Shown: positions 53,626-63,216 of the stretch, piece after piece
How the letters are laid out: each line of letters starts with the position of its first letter
Numbering within the stretch: the first letter of the stretch is position 1
Assembly: GCA_937625935.1 (NCBI GenBank)
Contig: OW569389.1
Location: 335,694 to 399,693 of the forward strand
Direction of reading: 5' to 3'
DNA from: Tetramitus jugosus
Taxonomy: Eukaryota > Protista > Heterolobosea
Length of the DNA: 64,000 nucleotides
Translations under genes and position numbers: made by a program
The notes under the pieces: generated by a model
What the model saw: the letters and a program-made list of their open reading frames with translations, nothing else
What the model was told of the DNA's origin: nothing
The model's database searches: none

Positions 53626-56382
53626 ATGAAAAAACGTTTCCTGAGCGATGACGATGATGAAAACAAGAAGGAAGAGACAATCAAGCATAAGAAGATGAAG
53701 ACTAGCACACTTGAGATTCGTTCTACATTTGGCAGGGCTATATGGTCAAAAATCTTAGAGTTTTGTGACACTCCTGAATGGTTGCAATTGAGTTATACTT
53801 GCAAAGAAATCAATCAATTCAAATTCCATCGATCCTACATGCTCAACAAGATAAGAAAAGTGAGATATCATTGGGAGGGAATAGATGTTGAACATTTCTT
53901 TCGATTGGCCAAAGGAACATTGTTCAATGTTCACTTCAATGAGAATCAGAGTGTGACGGATAAACATTTCCAATTTTTGGAAAGCATTCACACACTTAAT
54001 ATGAGTGGTTGCAGGAAAATTACAGGTCGTGCATTCTCCTATTTGATTGGTATTCACACACTTAATATAAGTGGTTGCTGGAAAATCACAGATCGTGCAT
54101 TCTCCTATTTGAGTGGTATTCACACACTTGACATGAGTGGTTGCAGGAATATCACAGATGATGCATTTTGTCATTTGCGTGGCATTCACACACTTAATAT
54201 GAGTGGCTGCAGGAATATCACAGATGATGCATTTTGTCATTTGAGTGGCATTCACACACTTAATATGAGTGGTTGCAGCAATATCACAGATCGTGCATTC
54301 TCCTATTTGAGTGGTATTCACACACTTGATATGAGTGATTGCTGGGGAATCACAGATCGTGCATTCTCCTATTTGAGTGGTATTCACACACTTGACATGA
54401 GTGGTTGCTGGAAAATCACAGATGATGCATTTTGTCATTTGAGTGGTATTCACACACTTAATATGAGTGGTTGTATTTACCTCACAGATCGTGCATTCTC
54501 CTATTTGAGTGGTATTCACACACTTGACATGAGTGGTTGCTGGAAAATCACAGATGATGCATTTTGTCATTTGAGTGGTATTCACACACTTGACATGAGT
54601 GATTGCTGGAAAATCACAGATGATGCATTTTGTCATTTGAGTGGCATTCACACACTTAATATGAGTGGTTGCAGCAATATCACAGATCGTGCATTCTCCT
54701 ATTTGAGTGGTATTCACACACTTGACGTGAGTGATTGCTGGAAAATCACAGATGATGCATTTTGTCATTTGAGTGGCATTCACACACTTAATATGAGTGG
54801 TTGTATTTACCTCACAGATCGTGCATTCTCCTATTTGAGTGGTATTCACACACTTGACATGAGTGGTTGCAGGAATATCACAGATCGTGCGTTTTACTCT
54901 TTGGAGGGTGTTCACACCCGTAAACTCGGTTCATCATACGGTCAGAAGACGATCTCGGAACGATGGTATCACAGGAATCGTAAGATCTGGTCCCATAGTT
55001 CACGAGATGATTTTACTCCTCTTACTTGGACAAATTATTCACACAATGCAGTGGGAGCATTGAAGCCTAGTGAAGACAACGAAGAAAACACAAACAATGA
55101 GGGCGGTGAGGAAAATGAGGACGAGTTACTAAGGCAGCTTTATCGTCAAATTGAGAATCCAGAGAGATTTTGTCGCCAAATGTACGTTAGTCTCTCTAAC
55201 ATGAATCAATACATGATGGGCCAGAGTAGATATGGTCCAAGAGCAGCTTTACGCTCCTATCAGAACTACTCGTCAAAAACTAAAAGTTATATTGCCGACA
55301 ATGAACCAAGTGCAGATAGGGAAATTTTTCGAAAGTATATTTCTGGCCGGTATGTGGCAGATAACTATTTGAAGAGAATTGATTCGGCCCAGGATAAATA
55401 TTCTGAAATCATGGGGTATTCTGTTGAAAAATCTTGGGTCGTAGTTGAAGTAAACTGTCGTAATGCTTTGGACAAAATTGACGAAGAATTTACAAGTGAT
55501 ATTTTGGAGGGACATGTTCGAATTCGTTTTTTAGATCATGAAAAGTCAGCCCCACTCCATGACATAACTTGCCAGGATGAAATCGGTACCCCTGAATGTG
55601 AAGGTACTGTGGGTGCAGTAATCAAACACGAAGATGATATCTATGGACTAACTTGTGCCCACAATTGTCTTATTTTTGAGAAGAATACTGATGAGAGGCA
55701 AACCTTTCGCAACTTACAGAGCGCTGTTATCGCAAGATCACTTTATCAAAACGCCTCCATTGAGTTTGGAGAAAATAAGAACAAGGTTAGCTTGCAGGAA
55801 GCAGGCAACTGTGAAGTTTTCGATCCACGTCTTTATGATGCCGCGTTAATCAAGCTGCAGAATTTTAGGACTGAAGGTCTCACACAACATGAAATAGATT
55901 TGCCCAATATTGATTATTGTTCAGATGGTGACGATGTGAAAGAGGAGTTCTTGAAGGATACTTATTGTGTGCATATCGGAAGGAAGAACAACGCAACTGG
56001 AGAGAGGGAAGTTGCAATTGGCGTCCTAATATCTTGGGATACAGGGAGGAATCGAAAAGAGTCGTACGAAAAACAAATCCACATTGAGGGGAGGGACAAA
56101 GCATTTGGAAAGAAGGGTGACTCTGGTTCTTTGGTGTTTCAAGTGGGGTGGGAACAAGGTAGATTTCAGTTCTGGCCTATTGGTATTCTCCACGCTGTTG
56201 TGAAAACAAAAAACGCGTATGTGTTTCCTTTGGACAATTTTTTGAAAAGCTCTGGAAAGAACTCTGCGGGTCCAGACAACTTTGTTTATATCTATTCTGA
56301 CTTCGTTGAGAAATGCATCACGTCTCAACATAAGAGAGTACTCATTGATGGAATCAACGAAAACTTGTCCAATAATGACTAA
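53626..56382 (+). CDS. F-box-like + LRR + trypsin-like serine protease fusion protein (918 aa)
   Basis: AIWSKILEFCDTPEWLQLSYTCKEI; 14 x 22-aa LRR; protease motifs GTVG, GLTCAH (His 55660), YDAALIKL (Asp 55837), FGKKGDSGSLV (Ser 56122) and IGILHA. Confidence 0.85.
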   Translation: MKKRFLSDDDDENKKEETIKHKKMKTSTLEIRSTFGRAIWSKILEFCDTPEWLQLSYTCKEINQFKFHRSYMLNKIRKVRYHWEGIDVEHFFRLAKGTLFNVHFNENQSVTDKHFQFLESIHTLNMSGCRKITGRAFSYLIGIHTLNISGCWKITDRAFSYLSGIHTLDMSGCRNITDDAFCHLRGIHTLNMSGCRNITDDAFCHLSGIHTLNMSGCSNITDRAFSYLSGIHTLDMSDCWGITDRAFSYLSGIHTLDMSGCWKITDDAFCHLSGIHTLNMSGCIYLTDRAFSYLSGIHTLDMSGCWKITDDAFCHLSGIHTLDMSDCWKITDDAFCHLSGIHTLNMSGCSNITDRAFSYLSGIHTLDVSDCWKITDDAFCHLSGIHTLNMSGCIYLTDRAFSYLSGIHTLDMSGCRNITDRAFYSLEGVHTRKLGSSYGQKTISERWYHRNRKIWSHSSRDDFTPLTWTNYSHNAVGALKPSEDNEENTNNEGGEENEDELLRQLYRQIENPERFCRQMYVSLSNMNQYMMGQSRYGPRAALRSYQNYSSKTKSYIADNEPSADREIFRKYISGRYVADNYLKRIDSAQDKYSEIMGYSVEKSWVVVEVNCRNALDKIDEEFTSDILEGHVRIRFLDHEKSAPLHDITCQDEIGTPECEGTVGAVIKHEDDIYGLTCAHNCLIFEKNTDERQTFRNLQSAVIARSLYQNASIEFGENKNKVSLQEAGNCEVFDPRLYDAALIKLQNFRTEGLTQHEIDLPNIDYCSDGDDVKEEFLKDTYCVHIGRKNNATGEREVAIGVLISWDTGRNRKESYEKQIHIEGRDKAFGKKGDSGSLVFQVGWEQGRFQFWPIGILHAVVKTKNAYVFPLDNFLKSSGKNSAGPDNFVYIYSDFVEKCITSQHKRVLIDGINENLSNND
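53980..54903 (+). repeat. Coding tandem array, 14 x 66 bp
   Basis: Near-identical units encoding SGIHTL[N/D]MS[G/D]Cxx[I/L]TD[RAFSY/DAFCH]L. Confidence 0.95.
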
Positions 56383-56458
56383 GAACCCAATACTTTAGTA
56401 AGAACCCAATAAAAATTTGGAACTTTTCTTCCGTGTCTGACCCTCAGTAGCTGCTTCT

Positions 56459-56477
56459 GGGGTGGTTTGGGTTTGGG
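56459..56477 (+). repeat. Short interstitial telomere-like seed
   Basis: GGGGTGGTTTGGGTTTGGG, same orientation as the terminal telomere. Confidence 0.6.
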
Positions 56478-56518
56478 ACATGTTATGCCAGTCTGAACCG
56501 AGGCTCTTTGCTATCTAG

Positions 56519-57109
56519 AAAAATCTAGACAGAGATGTAGCAATAGACTCATATGACAAAGTGTTCGACGACGATACAACAACTCCACTGACAATCGTCT
56601 CAGTGTCAATCAATGAAGTGATTGAAGACTATATTGTGGTAAACGAAGCATTTCTAGTGGGATACATGGGTCATGCCAAATTCACCACTGCCGCTGACAC
56701 CTTGTCTGAGAGACTGAAGAAACCTACTGAAGAAGTAGAGTTCTGTGGAGGAGAGTTACCTAAGTGTATCGAGATAGGACACAGACCAACAGTCGAGTTT
56801 GCTAGAGGATGGATAATACCAAAGAGATCTATCAAGCTCAAGTTGATCAACGTATGTGCAATGCCTTATCTGTTTGCATACAATGAAAAGGAGAGATCTG
56901 CAAAAGACAATTGGATGGCTAGAAAGAGAAACGCTGTCAATCACATAGCATCAAATACTCCATTCTCTAACGACAGAGTGGAATCAAATGGTATGTCTAT
57001 TGTTGATACAGGTGATCAACATCCATTGTTCGTGGTGATCAGACTTGTAATTGAATGTGATGGCGAACACATGAACGATGATGTATTCATACTCACAATA
57101 AACACATAA
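56519..57109 (+). pseudogene. 5'-truncated hypothetical gene, first of the compact cassette
   Basis: Frame is open from 56519 with no ATG near its start (the ORF track uses GTG 56561); ends 11 bp before the next ATG. Confidence 0.55.
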
Positions 57110-57120
57110 AACGAAAGCAC

Positions 57121-58050
57121 ATGATACATAAGCATCTGATTGGCAACTATCTTTCTATTATAGTAGTGGTTGTTGGTGTTGCAGAGTCTCTTTCCAACGG
57201 ATATGCTCTGAGACATGTCATTTACGCAAACTTCATACTACTGGTGATCAGTTCATTGGTGCTTGGAACAATAATCTGCAAATCAGATCAGTCAACGATC
57301 ACATTACAAGGGTGTGCAATATTGAGTATACTAGATATGTTATACACTCTGACATCATGGTCCAACAATGCACATTCATTCTGGACTCCCATAACCATTC
57401 CATTGTCAGTCTTGTTTAGTGTAATGATCATGAAGAAGCAGTATACCAGAAAGATGATAGTCACTTCGAATATAGTTACAATGGGAATAGTGATATGTGT
57501 TGTATCATCTATTATGCACAGACATCTAACCAGTGATATGAAACTGTTTCAAGAGACTAGGTCAATATTCAGTTATACTGTGTTCTGTCTGAGGAATGTT
57601 GCCGTAGATCATCATGTGAACAACTTCCATGATTTACTATACTATGTGTTCATTGCAAGTTATACTCAATACGCAGTTCTTGTACCATTGTGTGTATGGT
57701 CTGAGAATGCATGTATACCAAGAGTTGCAGGTATAGGACCAACAGCTGTTGCATTGATCAATAGATTGCTTATCATAAGTGTGATCAAGATGGCTTCAGC
57801 AGTGTCATATATCAATACCAGAGCATTGATTGATCCAACAGTGGCTCTTATACACTATATGTTCTACGAACAGACTACATCTGTATTGACTTTATTCGGT
57901 GTTATGATAATCCTTGTTGGTACTATATGGTATGCAACAGAGGAAAGGAAGTTGGCACAGAGATATATAGAAACATATTCTTCAGACTCTGATCAGGACG
58001 ATTTGCTTTCATACAATTTAGTTATACACGAGAAATGGAATCGAATGTAA
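57121..58050 (+). CDS. Divergent multi-pass transporter, DMT/nucleotide-sugar-transporter-like
   Basis: About 9-10 TM segments in 309 aa; the C-terminal FYEQTTSVLTLFGVMIILVGTIWY matches the last helix pattern of TPT/NST transporters. Confidence 0.55.
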   Translation: MIHKHLIGNYLSIIVVVVGVAESLSNGYALRHVIYANFILLVISSLVLGTIICKSDQSTITLQGCAILSILDMLYTLTSWSNNAHSFWTPITIPLSVLFSVMIMKKQYTRKMIVTSNIVTMGIVICVVSSIMHRHLTSDMKLFQETRSIFSYTVFCLRNVAVDHHVNNFHDLLYYVFIASYTQYAVLVPLCVWSENACIPRVAGIGPTAVALINRLLIISVIKMASAVSYINTRALIDPTVALIHYMFYEQTTSVLTLFGVMIILVGTIWYATEERKLAQRYIETYSSDSDQDDLLSYNLVIHEKWNRM

Positions 58051-58059
58051 TAAAACAAG

Positions 58060-59768
58060 ATGAAAGCATCTCAGCTAATTGCCCTATTATTAATCGTTCT
58101 TATCTCAGTAGTATACGGACAAGGGTGTGTCTATGATATCTGTGGTATCTGTAATGGTGATGGAACTACGTGCGATACATCAGATACACAATGGAGTGAT
58201 TCATTCGAAGTGGACGCCACAACTATCTGCAACATTGCAAAAGCTGAAGGAGGACTGGACAGCGAAAATCCAACCTTCAACATCGATGTCTTCTCTTCCA
58301 AAGTAGACTACTCAGACACATTCTTTCAATTCAAAACATGCGACTCTGAAATAGCTGCTACTAGAATCAGTGCTGCAACAACAACAGAGATCACTACATT
58401 ATCAGGTCACGATGGAAACTTTGTTCATTATAGAACAACACCTACATTGAAGGACTTGTATATGTGCTCACCTGCAAATACTGAAGATGGTCGTTTGTTC
58501 ACAGACGTATCTGTTTCAGTTATATATCCAAAGACAGACGATGAAGGAAACTATTATTCTACACGATGTAATTTCAGAATTGCAAGAGACGATAACTCCA
58601 CAGACGTACAAGCAATGAAGATCACTCCATTGGGGTTTAGAGTGATCACTGGAGAATATTGGTGGGAACCTGTTGACTGGGTTTACAAGGTGTTGCTCAG
58701 AACACAAGTGAATATGATTGATGGTAATACTATCGATCTGTTATACCCAACAGTACCTATTTTAGAGAAAAAGTAAAGATGGAAGTTGTACAAGATATTA
58801 AGATCAAATCATCATCACTGACACCAAACGGAGCAAGCTGGTGTAGTGAGTCAATCTGTGAAAGATCATGGACTCTTTCAATTCAAGGAGATCGTCCACC
58901 AGTATGTGTTAAGAAGACTATTGTGTCTGGTTTCGCATTAAGCTCTGCTTATCAAGCATTGAATGGTCAACAAGTATCATTCAATCTGGCAGTTGATTCA
59001 TGTAGAACAGAAGCACCATCAGATGTGAATTTACCAGTACCAACTCACACACTCACATTGCATTCTACTATGGATACATCTTCAGTGCCAAACACTGAGT
59101 TTGTACATGGACAGACTGTTTACGGAAAGCTACAGATAGTAGAAGATGGTGGTAGTCTTCCAACCTGTGATGTTTATACAGCAACTATTTCCAAACTGGA
59201 GATGACATGTTTGTTTGAAGGCGAAGAGATTGACAGCAACACCTTGTGGCATTTGTTGTACAATGCAGAACCATTGTGGAATGGACCTGGTGTATACAAC
59301 AGTGCTGTAGAGACAAACGCTGGATCCTGTTCTGGTAGAAACGACTTCCAATTCACAGCAAGAGAGTTGAACGACAATAGTGCATGCTTTTTGAGAACCA
59401 ACTGGAAGTTTACAGCAGGTGGTGCACCTGATCCTGTTATCGAGCCATTGTTACCAATGAGAAAGCATCTTACAACCCCATCAACAACTCCATCCAACTC
59501 AACATCTGATAACACTCAACTCACTATTACATGTCCAAGTGGATCCATCTGGGATATGTTGAAGGGAGACTGTACTGCAATATTGACCAATCCACCAAAG
59601 GTCAAGGGTCTTGGATTGGCTGCTTGGTTCATTTTCACTGCTGTTGGTATCTTGATTGTATTAGCAGGAGTGATCGCTTGTGTAGTCACATGTTTGGATT
59701 CTGACAAGAAGAAGACTTACTACTCCATCCATGAGAGATCATATACAACAACTCACAAATACCATTAA
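58060..59768 (+). pseudogene. Cys-rich type I surface glycoprotein, apparently split by a 1-nt frameshift (ORFs 58060-58776 and 58779-59768)
   Basis: ORF1 has the signal peptide and DICGICNGDGTTC; ORF2 lacks a signal peptide but has the C-terminal TM. One extra A in the A5 run at 58768-58772 would fuse them. Confidence 0.65.
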
Positions 59769-59779
59769 AACGAAACAAG

Positions 59780-60171
59780 ATGGAACGTATATTAACTTGC
59801 TTATTGCTACTTATCATTGCATTAACAATCAGATGTGAGTTGCCCTACAAAACACTATCTGTGAAAGCACCTGGTCTGTCATCAGAATGGTTCATTACTA
59901 GAGATATACCCCAACCTTCGCAAGGATGTGTATTCTGGGCTGCCAATCATGCATCCACGTCGTATGACACAGATACCATGATCCATATAACAAGAAGGCT
60001 TTTGCAAACTGGGAGGATATATCTGTAGAAGTGTATACTGGTAGATCGTTCTTTGATCAGACATTTCCTGTGAACGTAGAACATCGTATAAGAATAGCAT
60101 GCGTTGTTGATAGTGGACCTGTTTTACAGATCAACTGGATGGATGTGATTCCATTATATATAACTAATTGA
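59780..60171 (+). pseudogene. Small secreted protein gene, probably frameshifted
   Basis: Signal-peptide ORF 59780-60028; a second frame open over 59968-60171 (..FANWEDISVEVYTGRSFFDQTFPVNVEHRIRIACVVDSG..) fills the gap to the next gene. Confidence 0.5.
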
Positions 60172-60209
60172 TTTTTCTCATACTCATTAAAACAAACTAC
60201 ATACCGCAA

Positions 60210-61124
60210 ATGAAGATTGGATATATACTATTGTTACTAAGCATTGTAGTAGCAACAGTCACTGCTCAATATGACTTTACCTACGATCAAGATCTGGTCA
60301 TAGGAGACACTATATATCATAACTGGTTGTATACTACTGGGATAATCAATCCTTGTCCCTCATGCATTGGTTTCAGCGTTACTTCTACACTAGTAGGACC
60401 AGATTCTGTTACAATCACTGCCAGTAAAAACAACAACTGGAACAATTTGGATGCTGGGTTTATCGAAGCCAATAGGAAAGAGTCTACACATTATACGATA
60501 GAGGTTAGAGGAGTTGCAAATGTTGGTGGACAAGCACAGTTTCAATCATATACATTATTCACTCTCAGATTCGACGAAGAAAGAATCTATTACAGATGTA
60601 ATGGTGTGAATGGAAACAATCCAGCTGTGTGTAGTGGATCAGGTGAATGTACAGATACAGACACATGTGCGTGTACAGAGGCACATGAAGGATCAAATTG
60701 TGAGATCTTATGTACGTCATATGATCAATGTGGTACATGCAATGGTGATGGTTCTACATGTTCACCACCAGAGCCAACCCCTTCACTATCACCTGTACCA
60801 GAACCTAGCTGTACGTCATACGACAAATGTGGTGTATGCAATGGAGATGGAACAAGCTGTGGGGAAGGTGTAGAAGAAGACATTCTCACTCAAAAGAGTT
60901 ACTGTTCTATCAGTCCATACTACGATGGGGCTCTATTAAGATATAACATGATCGTGTCAACATCGGCATTTACCGAGTACACCACGGATTTCCTACCATG
61001 GTGTACAGACAATGATATTATGAGTAGAAGCATCAGTGGATCTGCTCTGTTCGATACTACAGAAGGTATTCGTCATGTTTACTATTTAGGGTTGGGTTTG
61101 GGTTTGGGATTCCCTTGTCCCTAA
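60210..61124 (+). pseudogene. EGF/Cys-rich secreted or surface protein, 3'-truncated by telomeric repeats
   Basis: Signal peptide, EGF repeat (CNGVNGNNPAVCSGSGECTDTDTCACTEAHEGSNC) and two YDxCGxCNGDGxxC motifs. The reading frame runs into TTTGGG repeats (LGLGLGLG). Confidence 0.7.
61085..61108 (+). repeat. Interstitial telomeric repeat
   Basis: TTTAGGGTTGGGTTTGGGTTTGGG. Confidence 0.8.
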
Positions 61125-62444
61125 ACCAAACCCACGAATTATGGCCATATATGGAGAGAGGAGTCCAAAAGAAGTAAGATTTCGTCTAAAAAAAAAAGTG
61201 GGTTGAGTTTGGTCTTAACAAATAGTTGGGGTAAAACTCAACCCTAAGGAATCAATTTGCCTGCGGCGTTAGACGCAGGCGTTATACAGTAAAAATCATT
61301 TTTTTGGAGGAATTTTGAACTGGATAATCTTGTCAGTTAATCGCATCTCTTACAACTATCATTTTGTAGTTTTTACTCTCTTACTATAGACTAATATTAA
61401 CATTCTTTTTCTTTAGTTTGTTTTTTATTTTCTTTGTCCCAGATTGACATTCTTTTTCTTTAGGTTGTTTTTTTGTTTTCTTTGTCTCTAACTTTATTCT
61501 GATCATGAATTTTCACCTCATTTTGAGATTGAACATATGATTTGATCTATGAAACTCTTTTCAAAGAAGTCAGGCAATAGTTGAACTATATTATATCTTG
61601 ATCATGATCTGTGACTACTAATTACGACTTATAGATACGCTGCAACCTGATTTTTAAGTTTCCTCCATCCTGTTGCATTTTACGTTTGTTTTATCGTGAA
61701 CACTGTGTTTTAGAGTGATACATCCTCGACCTAGCATATTGGCCCTTCGATTCTATTTATTGGATCAACTTGCCTTCAATAGTATCTGTACTAAAGTGCA
61801 AGTGATTTCTGTTGAAAAGCAGATTTCGGTTGCATCGACCTCCCACCAGCATATAAACCCAAACCCCACCCTTTTTTTCTTTTTGATTTTATCTGCAGAA
61901 TAGGTCGTAGGGGACTCTATAGTCATTCAATGAATCTTCAATTGTATCTCTGTTGAATCGCAAACTAATTATGTCAAAAGTACATTTAGGGTTGACTTCT
62001 CCTCCAACCAGTGTATAAACCCTTACCCAACCTTTTTTCTTTTTGACTGTTCAGGACTCAGAGCATTTCTACGTCAAAATTATCATATCTGTTCGTTATC
62101 TATTGGTTCTGAAGTTATTTACATAGAGAATGCCTTTCAGAGGTTCAATCAATGTCCAACCGTCTAAAAAACCCTTACCCAACCTCAATTTTATGTCATG
62201 ATTGGTGCAAGAGTGAAGTGAACATAGATTCTGTGCTACCGAGAGTGTTCTTAAGCCTCCTACTATGCTTTACAAGAGTAAATCTATGATTTGTTACAAT
62301 TTCATTCTCCTGCAGCATGCAACAGTTCCGAGATGATATTGAACCAAAAACACAAGTAATCAACCAGGTATTAACATGAATCATGAATCATAAACTTCAA
62401 ACTACGAGGTAAATGACTCAATAGTTGAATAAAGACATTTCAAA

Positions 62445-62479
62445 GGGTTGGGGTTTGGGTTTGGGTTTGGGTTTGGGTT
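62445..62479 (+). repeat. Interstitial telomeric repeat (about 5-6 units)
   Basis: GGGTTGGGGTTTGGGTTTGGGTTTGGGTTTGGGTT. Confidence 0.85.
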
Positions 62480-62646
62480 ATTAGGTAAAACCGAACCAAG
62501 ACTTGTTCAATACACTGTTATGCTCGTTGTAAAGGTGCGCGTTGAATTTGTCGTCCTTTGAAATGCTCAAACTAAGCTTATGAAGAAATAATACTATGTT
62601 CTTTTAGAACTATACTGCCAACTGGTATGAGCAGTTGGGTTTCAGT

Positions 62647-62754
62647 CTCAAAACCCAACTCAAAACCCAACTCAAAACCCAACTCAAAACCCAACTCAAA
62701 ACCCAACTCAAAACCCAACTCAAAACCCAACTCAAAACCCAACTCAAAACCCAA
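62647..62754. repeat. 12-bp tandem satellite (CTCAAAACCCAA)x9
   Basis: Nine perfect copies; the reverse complement TTGGGTTTTGAG resembles a degenerate telomere dimer in the opposite orientation. Confidence 0.95.
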
Positions 62755-62762
62755 CTTTTCCA

Positions 62763-63016
62763 GGAGCTCCACCTATTATCAGAGGAGCTCAAAGCTCCGC
62801 CTAAAAAGTGACTAGGAGCTCATCCCTAGTGGAACTCGGCCTAAAAGCTTTTTTATGGAGGAGCTCATGAGCTCCAGCCTAATTATTGACTTTCTGGTGG
62901 AGCTCATGAGCTCCGGCCTATTCCAGTGAAAGTGATGAGCTCCAGCCTATTCGAGTGTATTTCAGTGGAGCTCATGAGCTCCTCCTATTGTCAGAGAAAG
63001 TCTTGAGCTCCACCTA
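62763..63016. repeat. Subtelomeric degenerate repeat built on palindromic GAGCTC / GAGCTCATGAGCTC
   Basis: GAGCTCATGAGCTC at about 62861, 62900 and 62968, plus several GAGCTCCxxCTA units. Confidence 0.8.
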
Positions 63017-63216
63017 AAACATAGATCATAGGCTGGAGCGCAACAGTGAAAATATTCATTGTATTGGAAGGAATGAAGGAAACCATAAGAGGAGGCCGTT
63101 ACAACAGAGTCAATGAACATTACAATACAATGATATGAAGTGGTTGACCTCACATTCCTGCATAAAAATTGATTTTGAGATAAATTAGTGATTTTGATGA
63201 GAAAATGGATTTTGAC

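Noticed and set aside
53980-54903. CRISPR-like appearance of the regular repeats
   Set aside because: There are no unique spacers or cas genes, the units are in-frame coding repeats, and the context is eukaryotic.
53755-54915. 386-aa Cys-rich antisense ORF
   Set aside because: It is the shadow of the 66-bp LRR array on the opposite strand, which happens to lack stops.
62578-62815. ORFs with ELGF / SWVL / KPNS repeats
   Set aside because: They are translations of the 12-bp satellite.
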